A model generated the notes under the pieces. It was not told the origin of the DNA. It did no database searches and saw only the letters and a list, made by a program, of their open reading frames with translations. Positions 52,545 through 62,700 of a stretch of 64,000 nucleotides of DNA are shown one piece after another. The number at the start of each line of letters is the position of its first letter. Position 1 is the stretch's first letter. The DNA comes from Rhodospirillaceae bacterium (lineage in GTDB: Bacteria; Pseudomonadota; Gammaproteobacteria; Steroidobacterales; Rariloculaceae), in NCBI GenBank assembly GCA_037445815.1, contig JBBIJV010000001.1, forward strand, positions 8,750 through 72,749, read 5' to 3'. Both the position numbers and the translations under genes were made by a program.

Positions 52545-52940
52545 ATGCTCCGGATCAAGCTCTGCTCTATTTTCGTCGACGATCAAGCGAAGGCGCTGCG
52601 CTTTTACACCGACGTGCTCGGCTTCGCGAAAGCAAAGGACGTTCCCGTCGGCGAATTCCGCTGGCTGACCGTGCGCGCCGCCGACGGCGGCGACACCGAG
52701 CTCGTGCTCGAGCCGAACGCGAATCCCGCGGCCCGCACGTATCAGCAGGCATTGCTCGAGCAAGGGATTCCGGCCACGGCGTTCGAGGTCGACGACGTGA
52801 AGGCCGAGTTCGAGCGCCTGCGCAAGCGCGGCGTGGAGTTCACGACGCCGCCGACGCCGGCCGGACCCGTCACGATCGCCGTGCTGCTCGACACCTGCGG
52901 CAATCTGATCCAGCTCTACCAGCCGCCGAAGACGGTGTAG
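52545..52940 (+). CDS. VOC/glyoxalase family protein
   Basis: 131 aa. It carries IFVDDQAKALRFYTDVLGF...ELVLEP...FEVDDVKAEFERLRKRGVEF...LLDTCGNLIQLYQ. Confidence 0.85.
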   Translation: MLRIKLCSIFVDDQAKALRFYTDVLGFAKAKDVPVGEFRWLTVRAADGGDTELVLEPNANPAARTYQQALLEQGIPATAFEVDDVKAEFERLRKRGVEFTTPPTPAGPVTIAVLLDTCGNLIQLYQPPKTV

Positions 52941-52958
52941 TCGCCGCCACGCCCCCGG

Positions 52959-54149
52959 TCAGTCGGCCCACGGCAGCCAAGGAAGGAACACGGCGAGCGC
53001 CGTGAAGCGCTCCCCGAGCCAATGCCAAGCCGTGTGACCCACGATCACGGCGATCACGACGCCGCCTACACGCGCGTCGACGTAGCGGAACAAGACGTTC
53101 AAACCGGGCACCACGAGCAAGAGAACGAGCAATTGCCCGAGCTCGATGCCGACGTTGAACGCGAGCAGCGAGGTCAGCACGTGAGCGCCGGCGAACTGCA
53201 GCGTGTTTTGCAGCGCGAACGAGAAGCCGAAGCCGTGCACGAGCCCGAAGCCGAACGCGATCGGCCAGCGTGATCGCGGCGCGGCGAAAAGGACGTTCTC
53301 GATGGCCATGTAGGCGATCGACAGCGCGATCAGCGTCTCGACGAGCGGCGGGAACCAAAAGCCGGCCGGCGCCAAGCCGTAAGCCGAGAAGATCAACGTG
53401 ACGGAGTGGCCGGCCGTGAACGCCGTGACGATCCAGACGAGCGCGCGAAGCTGCCGCCGGAACGGCACGACGAGGCAGAGCAGGAACAAGAGGTGATCCG
53501 CGCCGTCCAGGATGTGCTCGAAGCCCTGCACGAGGAACCGCAGCATCGATTGATGCCAGCGCGGGTCGAGCGCGACCAATCCGGAGTCTCCTTCGACCTG
53601 GAACACGCGCTCGACGCCGCCGGCGCCGATGAAGCGCACGGCGTTCACGACGCGCATGCCGAGCCGCTCCGTGCGCGCGCGCAGCGAGAACAACGAGGTT
53701 GAGTCTTGGATCGGCGCTGCGAATTCCACGTCGAGCAGCGCCTGCTGCCACGGCAGGTCGAGGCCCGCCGGCAGCGGCGGCGCCCGTAGGTGCGCGAGCG
53801 CAGAGTCGTACTCGGCGAACGACCGATCGCTCGGGATCGACGCGCGCACGTTGACGATATCGAGGCGCAAGCGCCGGCCGCCTTCATAGAGCTCGAGGTT
53901 GTCGGCGAGCCAAAGCTCTGCGGCGTCGCGAAGCTGCGGCCCGGCGCGCGGCACGTCGAGATAGCCGGGCCCGACGGTCGGGAACGTGATGTCCTGCATC
54001 GCGTCGAGAGGCGCGCGGACGAGAAGGCGCACGCGATCGCCGTCGGGCCGCACGATCATGCGGACCGTCACGTCGCTAGGAACCTCGTGCGCACGCGCCG
54101 CCGCCAGAGCCGTGGCTGCGAGAGCAGCGAGCATGACCAGGCGCCGCAA
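52959..54149 (-). CDS. HupE/UreJ-family membrane protein with an extra N-terminal periplasmic domain
   Basis: The C-terminal ~190 aa, GFEHILDGADHLLFLLCLV...FTAGHSVTL...GLVHGFGFS...FNVGIELGQL, is HupE/UreJ-like. It is preceded by ~200 aa of beta-rich sequence that begins right after the signal peptide, ...LAAARA/HEVPSD. The start is TTG 54149 (giving MRRLVMLAALAATALAAARA) or ATG 54134; the track ORF extends further into shadow. Confidence 0.7.
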   Translation of the reverse strand: MRRLVMLAALAATALAAARAHEVPSDVTVRMIVRPDGDRVRLLVRAPLDAMQDITFPTVGPGYLDVPRAGPQLRDAAELWLADNLELYEGGRRLRLDIVNVRASIPSDRSFAEYDSALAHLRAPPLPAGLDLPWQQALLDVEFAAPIQDSTSLFSLRARTERLGMRVVNAVRFIGAGGVERVFQVEGDSGLVALDPRWHQSMLRFLVQGFEHILDGADHLLFLLCLVVPFRRQLRALVWIVTAFTAGHSVTLIFSAYGLAPAGFWFPPLVETLIALSIAYMAIENVLFAAPRSRWPIAFGFGLVHGFGFSFALQNTLQFAGAHVLTSLLAFNVGIELGQLLVLLLVVPGLNVLFRYVDARVGGVVIAVIVGHTAWHWLGERFTALAVFLPWLPWAD

Positions 54150-54313
54150 GTCGTCGTGCCCCGTTCTCGTTCTTCGGAGGAGGCAATTTCCGCTATTATC
54201 GGTAGCGAGAACAAGCCCTGGGAGCTGCGTCGAACGGCCGGGGCGGCGGACACGGATGCCGCAAGAACAACGCAGGAAGCCGTTGTCGAGAGCACTTGCC
54301 GGGGGGGGTAGCC

Positions 54314-55552
54314 ATGACTCGTCGAGCCGGATTTCTGGTCTTTGCGTTGAGCGGCGTTCTCGTCGCAGCGTGCAACGATGCGGCGCCACCCCCTGCGCCC
54401 AGCGGCTCGGCGGGCGCGGCGCCCGCCGCTAGCGCGACACCGGCGGCTTCCGCCGCGCTGTCGCCGGAGTTCGGCGCATCCGGCGTCGCGCCGCGCTTCG
54501 AGGTCGATCCATTCTGGCCGAAGCCGCTGCCGAACCACTGGCTGCTCGGCTCGACGATCGGCGTTTCGGTCGATTCGCGCGATCACGTTTGGATCATTCA
54601 TCGGCAACAGTCCCTGAACGCGCAAACCGAAGCGAGCGCCGGCACGAACACGCCGGCCGGCGCGTGCTGCACGGCGGCGCCGCCCGTCATCGAGCTCGAC
54701 GCCGCGGGCAACGTCGTCGCCTCGTGGGGCGGGCCCGGCGAAGGCTACGACTGGCCCGCGTCGAACCACGGCATCACCGTCGATCACATGGACAACGTGT
54801 GGATCGGCGGCAACGACGTCAAAGACGCGCACGTTCTGAAGTTCTCGCGCTCCGGCCAGTTCCTCCTACAGCTCGGCAAGCCCGAGCAGAACCAGGGCAG
54901 CAACGATCCCGTGAACTTTTGGCGCGTCGCCGAGATCTCGATCGACGCCGAAGCAAACGAGGCGTACATCGCCGACGGCTACGGCAACAAGCGCGTCGTC
55001 GTCATCGACGCGAGCACGGGCGAGCGCAAGCGCTACTGGGGCGCCTACGGCAACCGGCCCGACGACGCGGATCTCGGCTTGTACGACCCGGCCGCGCCGC
55101 CGGCACAGCAGTTCCGCAACCCCGTGCACTGCGCCGAGCCGTCACGCGACGGCTTCGTCTACGTCTGCGACCGCGTCAACGACCGCATTCAGGTGTTCCG
55201 CAAGGACGGCACGTACGTCAGCGAGCTGCGCGTCGCGCCCGAGACGCGCGGAGCCGGCTCCGTGTGGGACATCGCGCTGTCGCACGATCCCGGGCAGGCG
55301 TACATCTACCTCGCCGACGGCCTGAACGAGCGCGTCTACATCATTCATCGCGAATCGATGCAGATTCTCACGAGCTTCGGGGATGGCGGCCGGCAGCCCG
55401 GGCAATTCTTCGGCGTTCATAGCATCGCCGTCGATTCGCAGGGCAACGTCTACACCACCGAGACCTACGAAGGTAAGCGCGTGCAGAAGTTCGTCTTCCG
55501 CGGCCTCGGGCCCATCCCGGGCGACTCGCAAGGCGCGCTGTGGCCGCGCTGA
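54314..55552 (+). CDS. NHL-repeat six-bladed beta-propeller lipoprotein
   Basis: ATG 54314 lies inside track ORF 54296..55552. The lipobox is LVAAC. Repeated propeller blades are present (DHVWIIH, DNVWIGG, EAYIADGYGNKRVVVID, GFVYVCDRVNDRIQVF, QAYIYLADGLNERVYII, GNVYTTETYEGKRVQKF). Confidence 0.7.
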   Translation: MTRRAGFLVFALSGVLVAACNDAAPPPAPSGSAGAAPAASATPAASAALSPEFGASGVAPRFEVDPFWPKPLPNHWLLGSTIGVSVDSRDHVWIIHRQQSLNAQTEASAGTNTPAGACCTAAPPVIELDAAGNVVASWGGPGEGYDWPASNHGITVDHMDNVWIGGNDVKDAHVLKFSRSGQFLLQLGKPEQNQGSNDPVNFWRVAEISIDAEANEAYIADGYGNKRVVVIDASTGERKRYWGAYGNRPDDADLGLYDPAAPPAQQFRNPVHCAEPSRDGFVYVCDRVNDRIQVFRKDGTYVSELRVAPETRGAGSVWDIALSHDPGQAYIYLADGLNERVYIIHRESMQILTSFGDGGRQPGQFFGVHSIAVDSQGNVYTTETYEGKRVQKFVFRGLGPIPGDSQGALWPR

Positions 55553-56727
55553 TGCGCGCGGCTTGCGTGCGGCTCGCCGCCGCGTGCGCGGCTCTCTCGG
55601 CATCGGCGCAACAAAGCCCTGCCCCGGCCGACGCCGTCATCGAGCATTTCCGCGCCTATCGCGCCGCGCTCGAGCGCAACGACTTGCCGGCCGCGGAGAT
55701 CGAGGCCGCTGCGGCGCTTGCGGAGTCGGAAGCGACGTGGGGGCCGCGCACGGCAGTGCTTGCCCTGAACCTCGCAAATTTGCGGCTCGAGATCGGCGAC
55801 GATTACGACGCGCTGACACCGGCGCGCACGGCGCATTCGCTCGCCACCTCCGCTGCCGACTCTGGCATCGACCATCGGCTTGCAGCCTTGACGCTCGGAC
55901 GCGCCGAGCTCGCGGCCGGCGAGCGCGCCGGCGCCCAGCGGCTCATGGAAGCGATCGCCGCGGCGGAAGAAGACGCTGCGCTCGCCGCCGAGCTCTACCC
56001 GGCAGCCGCTGCCCTCGGCGAGTGGGGGCTTGGATCCGGCCAATACGATACTGCGGAGGACGCGTGGCGAACCGCAGGCAAGGTCGCTGCGACGACGGCC
56101 GATCCGACCTTCGCGCGCGCTCGCGCGCTGATTGGCGAAGGGACGGCGATCTTTCTGGGCAACGCCTACCCGCGGGAAACTCAAACAGGCACTCGCATGT
56201 TCAGGGTCTCGACGCCGCGCGCTCGGGCTGCAAACGACGCGTTCGTGATCGCGCAAGCACTGCTGCGGCCGGCAGCGTACGCCGAGCAGCCGCCCGGCAC
56301 GGTGCTCACGGCGGGCCAACTGGCCTACGCGCAGGCCCTTGGGTGGCAAGGCGCCCTGCTCGCGCGTCTCGAGAGTCTCGGCGAAGCGCCGCCGACGCCG
56401 ACGCTGCTCGTAACCGTCCCGGACATTCCGCCCTTCGACGGGCGTGGCCTATGCGCTCTCCGCGCGTTCGATACGGGCCCCGAGATCCAGTACCCGGCCG
56501 AGGCTTTGCTCCGCTACGGCGTCGGTGCCGTCGTCGTCCACTTCGCGCTGGACGCAACCGGCAACATCCGTGCCCGCACGATCGCGGCCTCGATTCCATC
56601 CGGGCCGCTCGCCGAAGCCGTCGAAAAGACCCTGCCGCAGTGGCGGCTCGACAAGGCCCCCGGTTCCTCGCCGGACTGCCGCGTGCCGCCGTCGTGGTAC
56701 TTTCCGGTGCACTTCATCTTGAAGTAG
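55552..56727 (+). CDS. Secreted protein with an Ala-rich TPR-like N-terminal region and a TonB C-terminal-like domain
   Basis: ATG 55552 overlaps the previous stop by 1 nt (TGATG). The signal peptide is MRAACVRLAAACAALSASAQQ. The C terminus, PEIQYPAEALLRYGVGAVVVHFALDATGNIRARTIAASIPSGPLAEAVEKTLPQWRL, follows the TonB-C pattern. Confidence 0.55.
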   Translation: MRAACVRLAAACAALSASAQQSPAPADAVIEHFRAYRAALERNDLPAAEIEAAAALAESEATWGPRTAVLALNLANLRLEIGDDYDALTPARTAHSLATSAADSGIDHRLAALTLGRAELAAGERAGAQRLMEAIAAAEEDAALAAELYPAAAALGEWGLGSGQYDTAEDAWRTAGKVAATTADPTFARARALIGEGTAIFLGNAYPRETQTGTRMFRVSTPRARAANDAFVIAQALLRPAAYAEQPPGTVLTAGQLAYAQALGWQGALLARLESLGEAPPTPTLLVTVPDIPPFDGRGLCALRAFDTGPEIQYPAEALLRYGVGAVVVHFALDATGNIRARTIAASIPSGPLAEAVEKTLPQWRLDKAPGSSPDCRVPPSWYFPVHFILK

Positions 56728-56856
56728 GCGCCGACGCTCCGCGCATACCAGACGGCGTCGCCGTGACGAGGCGCAACGCCCAAGCCCGGGCGCTGTACAA
56801 TGCGCGGCGCCGCACCGCGTACTTGGGCTCATGAACAACAACGAATTTGCCGACAC

Positions 56857-57546
56857 ATGACCGCAGCCGCAGGGCAGAAGCCTGCTTCCGTTCGCGTGCT
56901 GCGGATCGCCGTCTGGCTCGCGCTCGTCGCCGCATTCGCGCTCCTTTACTACCGTTACTCGAGCACGAATTTCACGGCGGTCGCCGCGACGTCGGCTTGG
57001 CTCGCCTACGCCATGTATCTGTCGATCGCCGCGGTGCGCGGCCTCGCGTTGATTCCGGCGACGAGCGTCGTCGTGCTCGCGATACCGTTGTTTCCGCCGC
57101 TGCCGTTGTTCTTGTTGACGCTCGTCGGAATCGCGGTCTCTTCGGCGACGATCTACGCGTTCGCAGGCTCGCTGAAGCTCGGCGGGTACTTCGAGCGAAG
57201 GTACGCGAAACACACGCAGCGGTTGCGTGCGGCGCTCAACAAGCGCCCGACCACGATCGTCGCGGCGTGCAGCTTCTTGCTCGTGGTGCCGACGGACCTC
57301 GTTTGCTACGTCTGCGGCGCACTCAGAATCTCGTTCCCGCGGTTCATGGCCGGAGTGCTGATCGGCGAAGGCGCCATTTGCGGCGTCTACATCTTTGCCG
57401 GCAGCACCTTGCTCGACCTCGGTAAGCGCGCCCTCGAGCTCGATGCGGCGACGGCGCAGGTTGTCCCCTACCCTTCGGCCGCGACGTCCGACGCGGACCT
57501 GCTCGCGAATTTCCCACGGAAGTACACGCTCGGGCACGGCCGGTAG
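56857..57546 (+). CDS. VTT-domain (DedA / TVP38-TMEM64-like) membrane protein
   Basis: ATG 56857 lies inside track ORF 56800..57546. There are about 5 hydrophobic segments. LVVPTDLVCYVCGALRISFPRFMAGVLIGEG resembles the VTT core. Confidence 0.55.
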   Translation: MTAAAGQKPASVRVLRIAVWLALVAAFALLYYRYSSTNFTAVAATSAWLAYAMYLSIAAVRGLALIPATSVVVLAIPLFPPLPLFLLTLVGIAVSSATIYAFAGSLKLGGYFERRYAKHTQRLRAALNKRPTTIVAACSFLLVVPTDLVCYVCGALRISFPRFMAGVLIGEGAICGVYIFAGSTLLDLGKRALELDAATAQVVPYPSAATSDADLLANFPRKYTLGHGR

Positions 57547-57614
57547 CCGCGACCGTGCCAAAATCGTTATAGTCGATAGCCGATGACGGCTCGGCACGAG
57601 GCTAGGAGAAGGGC

Positions 57615-57995
57615 ATGCGCTCCGTTCTCTCGATAGTTGCATTCACGCTCGCGGCGACGGCTGTGATGGCGCATCACTCGGCGCCGGTGTTCTACAAGGT
57701 CGAGGAGCGAATCACGCTGACGGGCACCGTGACGGAGTTTCGCTTCAACAATCCCCACGCCATCCTGAAGTTCGACGTCGTGGCCGACAACGGCGAGACG
57801 CAGCACTGGACCGCGGAGACGACGTCGCCGTCGATCTTGCGCCGCCGCGGCTGGAGCCAGCAAAGCTTCGCGCCCGGCGAGCGAGTGAAGCTCGAAGGGA
57901 TGCCGTCCGTCGACGGCAGCTACTTGATGCGCATCACGCGCGCGTTTCGCGCGGACGGCAGCGAGATCGGCGTGCCGCCCGGAACCAACAACTGA
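57615..57995 (+). CDS. Small secreted HH-NPH protein (module copy d)
   Basis: 126 aa. The signal peptide ends TAVMA, followed by HHSAPVFY..ITLTGTVTEFRFNNPH...GWSQQSFAPGERVKLEG. Confidence 0.7.
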   Translation: MRSVLSIVAFTLAATAVMAHHSAPVFYKVEERITLTGTVTEFRFNNPHAILKFDVVADNGETQHWTAETTSPSILRRRGWSQQSFAPGERVKLEGMPSVDGSYLMRITRAFRADGSEIGVPPGTNN

Positions 57996-58009
57996 GGGGC
58001 AGGGCCATC

Positions 58010-58780
58010 ATGCGCTCCTTGCTGCTCGCGTGCTTGGCGCCGGCCGCTTTCTTGGCACCCGCCGAGGCGCAGTCGCCCGAGGGTCACGGCATCGCCGGCT
58101 TCTGGTCGTTGACGGGCCCGATGGTGCCGCGCCGCCCGCCGATACCCACCGAGACGGAGCTGATGGCCCACTTTCCCGACGAGACGATCGTGCTCGCCGA
58201 TGCCGGCGCGACGGAGTTTCCGCCGGGGGACTACGGCGGCCTCGCGATCCGCGAGCCGCTGGTCGAAGCGGCGAAGGGCTACGATCCGGAGGAACAGACT
58301 ACGGTCTCCCTCACCTGCCGGCCGCCGGGCTTGATCTACTCGATGCAGGGCCCGTTCCCGATCGAAATCTTCGAGGGCCGCGATCTCATCGTCATCAAAC
58401 TCGAGTACTTCGACCTCGTGCGCGTCATCTTCATGAACGAGACCGAGCATCCCGACGACTGGCCGCATTCGCAGGCGGGACACTCCATCGGCCGCTGGGA
58501 TGGCGACACGCTCGTCGTCGACACGGTGAAGCTCACGGCCGGCACACTGTTCAACAACGGCGTCGACCACACCGAGGACGTTCACTTGATCGAGCGCTTT
58601 CGGCTCGCCGATCCGAATCGGCTCATCGTCACGCAGCAGTTCGAGGATCCGGGCTCGTTCGACGGCGTCGCGGCCCGCGTGCTGTCGTTCACGCGCGGCG
58701 ACGATCATGTCTACCCCTACGACTGCGACCCGGCTTACGGTCTCTCGATCGACTCGCGGCAGGGGCCCGAGGCGCGCTGA
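58010..58780 (+). CDS. Secreted partner protein of the HH-NPH module (copy d)
   Basis: 256 aa with a signal peptide. It carries SLTCRPPGLI, AGHSIGRWDGDTLVVDTVKL and LIERFRLADPNRLIVTQQFEDP. It lies 14 nt after the small gene. Confidence 0.7.
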   Translation: MRSLLLACLAPAAFLAPAEAQSPEGHGIAGFWSLTGPMVPRRPPIPTETELMAHFPDETIVLADAGATEFPPGDYGGLAIREPLVEAAKGYDPEEQTTVSLTCRPPGLIYSMQGPFPIEIFEGRDLIVIKLEYFDLVRVIFMNETEHPDDWPHSQAGHSIGRWDGDTLVVDTVKLTAGTLFNNGVDHTEDVHLIERFRLADPNRLIVTQQFEDPGSFDGVAARVLSFTRGDDHVYPYDCDPAYGLSIDSRQGPEAR

Positions 58781-58783
58781 GCG

Positions 58784-59656
58784 CTAGCCGCCGCGGAGCG
58801 GCGCAAGCACTTCTTCGAGCGTGCGCGGTGCGCGGCCCGTGAGCTTCGCCACCGCGTCCGTACAACTGTCCATGTACCCTTCGCGGATCGAACGGCCGAA
58901 CGACGCCACGAGCTCCGCGCCATAGCGGAGATGATTGTCGCCCGTCGCGTCGCCGACGAGCGTCGCGACGAGCTCGGCGTCTTCGAGCGCACGCGCCCGC
59001 ACCGGCTTGCCGCCGAGCCGCGAATAGAGCGCGGCGAGCTCGTCGGCCGTGTAAGCCTCGCCGCCCGTGATGTCGTAGACGGTGTGCCCGTGACCGCTTT
59101 GCAGCAACACGGCGGCCGCCGCGGCTGCGCAGTCTTCGCGCGCGACGTAGGCGACGGCGCCGCTCCCGCGGTTGTGCACGAGCACGCCCGTCTTGAGCGC
59201 CGCCTCCGCCTCGGGCAGCTGGTACTCCGCATAGAGACTGTTGCGCAGCACCGTCCACTCGAGCCCGCTCTGCATCAGGGCTTGCTCGGTGGCGAAGTGG
59301 CTCGGCGCCACGACGGCCGGATTCGGCGGGGCCGGCTTCAAGCCGGACGTGTAGATCACGTGCCGAACGCCGGCTGCTTCGGCCGCCTCGAGCGCCGCTC
59401 GATGCTGCGCCGTGCGCCGTTCGAGATCCGTGGCGCTCACGAGCAGCAAGCGCTCGGCGCCCGCGAACGCCGCGCGCAGCGTGTCGGGCGCGGCGAAGTC
59501 CGCCTGTCGCACCGTGATGCCGCGCTCGGCGAGCGAGACGAGCGCCGCCGGAGTCCGCGTGGTCAGGATCACGTCGTCCGGCACCGCCCTCGCGAGCACG
59601 AGCTCGGCGACACGCCGCGCAAGCTGCCCCGAGCCTCCCGTGATTGCGATCTTCAC
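58784..59656 (-). CDS. NmrA-like / atypical SDR NAD(P)H-binding protein
   Basis: 290 aa from GTG 59656 (VKIAITGGSGQLARRVAELVL) inside track ORF 58784..60211. It carries VRHVIYTSG and EWTVLRNSLYAEY. Confidence 0.8.
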   Translation of the reverse strand: MKIAITGGSGQLARRVAELVLARAVPDDVILTTRTPAALVSLAERGITVRQADFAAPDTLRAAFAGAERLLLVSATDLERRTAQHRAALEAAEAAGVRHVIYTSGLKPAPPNPAVVAPSHFATEQALMQSGLEWTVLRNSLYAEYQLPEAEAALKTGVLVHNRGSGAVAYVAREDCAAAAAAVLLQSGHGHTVYDITGGEAYTADELAALYSRLGGKPVRARALEDAELVATLVGDATGDNHLRYGAELVASFGRSIREGYMDSCTDAVAKLTGRAPRTLEEVLAPLRGG

Positions 59657-59712
59657 GATCCGGTTGCACCGGCCCCGGCATCGAGCCCGGGGCCGGTGCC
59701 TCGCTCCGAACG

Positions 59713-62700
59713 TTAGAACTGCACCGTCATGCCGACATAATACCGGCGCCCGAGCACATCGTAGAACGCGCCGTTCGTCACACCCGTCTGCGTGTAGCCC
59801 TCGGCCACGGTACGCAAGTTCACGACGGGCGGCTCTTCGTCCAGCAGGTTGTCGATGCCGAAGCGCAGGTTGTAGCGGTCGGAAAAGGTGTACCGGCCCG
59901 AGAGATCGAAGACGTTGTAGCTCTCGGTGTCGGTGTACTGCGCCTGCGTGCGAATCGTGCCCTCCGGCGCGATGCTCGGCAGATGCCGCCAGCGCAACGT
60001 AGTGCCCCAGTTCGCAGTGCTGTAACCCACCGTCGTGAACAGCCGGTAGTCGTACGCGAACTGATTCACGCCGCGCACGTCGCTCGGCCCCGTAGTGCCC
60101 TTGAAGTCGAGCCACGGCGAGGCGGCATTTACCTGCGTCTTCCAGTGATCGGTGATGGTCGCGAGCACGTTGAGATTCAGCGCGCCGGGGCCGACGTCGT
60201 CGAGGCCCCAATCGAACTGCACGTCGTAGCCCGCAAGATCGGCCGCCGCCTCGTTCGTGTACGTGACGTCGACCGTGGCGACCGCACCGCTCGTCGGGTT
60301 ACGAACGATCAGCCGACAGGACGGGTGCGTCGGGCTGTAGCCGGGATTGGTGTCGGCGCTCAAGCACTCGCGATACAGCGTGTCCGGCACTTGCGGCGCG
60401 ATCATGTCGTCGAGCTCGATTCGCCAGTAGTCGAACGTCAGCGTCGCGCGTTCGGTGAGGTCCGCCACTACGCCGAGCGTCAACGTTCTCGCCTCCTCCG
60501 ACCGCAGGTTCGGATTGCCGCTCAGGTTCGAGATGCGCGGGCTCACGAAGCCGCTCGGTTGCGGCGTGTCGCCGCCGTAGTAGTTCGCCGCGCCCGTCGG
60601 CCCCATCAGCTGTTGGCACAGTGCTTTGACTTGAGCGGCGGCAGCGGGTCCCGCGGAGTTCAGGTTCGGATTAGCCGTGTACGGCAATCTTGCGGGATTG
60701 AGCTCGGAGCACGGGTCGCCCTGGAACAGGCTGAACGGCGCGAACTGCTCCTTCGACTGGAACAGCTCGCCGATGTTCGGCGCCCGGTTCGCCACTTGTC
60801 GACCGCCGCGCACGCGCACGCGGTCGACGACCTGCCAATCGATGAGCGCCTTCCAGGTGTCGACGTCGTTGCTCGGCTCGTTGTCCGTGCTGCGGTAACC
60901 GAGCTCGAGGTTCAGCGAGCGAGCGCCCCAGACGTCGCCGACGACCGGCACTAGCAGCTCGCCGTAAACTTCCGTCGCTTCCGTCTTGCCGAACGCGTCG
61001 CCGACCGGGAAGAAGCCCGCGAGCTGGTCGAGCACCGATTCTTGCGAGTTCAGCGGATCCGGCTTGAACTCGAAGCGGTTCTCGCGGCTGCCGACGCCGG
61101 CCGCGAAGCGCAGCTCGCCGGCCGGCATCTCGGCGATGGCGCCCTGCATGTTGTACTCGACGATGTTCTGGCGCATCTCGCCCGACGCCTTGGAACGCGC
61201 GCGAATGGCGGCTTGGCAGTCCTGCGACGGCACGAAGTCTTCGGTATAGCCGCTGACGCCGTAGACGGCCGGCAAACCGCTCGTGCAGCTGATGGAGCCG
61301 GAAGCGAAGCCGGCGCCCAGCTCGTTGCCGATGTAGAGCATGCCGCGGCCGTAGTTCGGTTGCCGCATCACGAATCGATAGCGCTCGAGCGAAACGCCGC
61401 CGCCGTACGTGCTTTCCGTGAACGTCGAGCCCGACGACGCGTAGAGCTCCCAGGTCCAGTCCTTGAAATCCATGTTGCCTTCGAGGCCGCCGACGAGCTG
61501 ATACGAGTCGACCTCCACGTAGCTGCGGCGCGGGTCCGCGAAGAGCGTCGTCTGGCGGAATTCCCAGTCCGCTTCGGGGTCCAGCCGGCTGTCGAGCAGC
61601 CGCGTGAGCTCGGGCGGCGTGGGGAACGCCTCCGACTTCGTGCACCCGCCGACCGGCGCGCACGCGAGCCCGAATCGGCCGCCCGGCAGATACTCGCCGA
61701 GCGTGGTCATGTTCTCGCCGTTGTCGCCCGTGTTCGGCAAGCCGTCCGGTCCAAGCGAGACGACCGACGGCCCGTAGATGCCTTGGCCGTGCGGCGCGCT
61801 CGCGCGCCAGCCGCCCAGCATCGGCGAGGCCGCTTGCCGCTGCTCCGTCGAGGACCGGCTGTACAGCACCTGGGCGACGGCACGCAGGTTGTCAGACAGG
61901 TCGTAATGGCCGCGGCCGAAGAGCGAATAGCGGTCGAGCGGGATCTGGAGATACTCGGCGAGCTCGTTCTGCCGCAGTTGGCCGTTCGACGACGCGTTCG
62001 ACTGCTCGATGAACCGCAAGGGCAAACCGCGCTCGTCGTTCAAGCCGCCGTTGTAGCGGAAAGCGCCGTCGCGCGTTTCCTTGTACAGCGTGCCGTCCGA
62101 GTTCATGTAGTACTGGCCGGCCGTCGCGAAGGCCGGTGTGTCGGGCACGCCGAAGATCGAGAGCACCTCGCTCCGCCTATGCATGTTCGACGCTACGGGC
62201 GAGTAGCCGGCGGCCGAATAGAAGTCCGTCTGCGAAAGCGAGCGTGGGTCGCGGAAGCCCGCCACCCTGAAGTCGCGGTCGATGGCGAACACCTCGTCGC
62301 GTTTCGAGCGCTCGAAGCCGAGCAGCACGTTGCCGCGGCCGTCGCCCGAGTTGGCGCCGAGCAGCACGGAGTAGCGATACTCGGCGCCGTCGCCTTCGGC
62401 CGTCTGTCCGTACTGGACGTCGAAGTCGACGCCCTCGAAGTCGCGCTTGGTGATGAAGTTCACGACGCCGGCCACGGCGTCGGCGCCGTACACCGACGAA
62501 GCGCCGCCCGTGATGGTCTCGACGCGCTCGATCGCCGCCGCGGGGATGGTGTTGATGCTGACGGACATGCCGGCGTTGATCGGCATCGCGCGGCGGCCGT
62601 CGAGCAGCACGAGGTTTCTGTTGGGCCCGAGACCGCGCAGGCTCAGCGTCGCCTGACCCGGTGTGCGCGTGGCGCCGACGGCGAGCTGCTCGCTGAAAAA

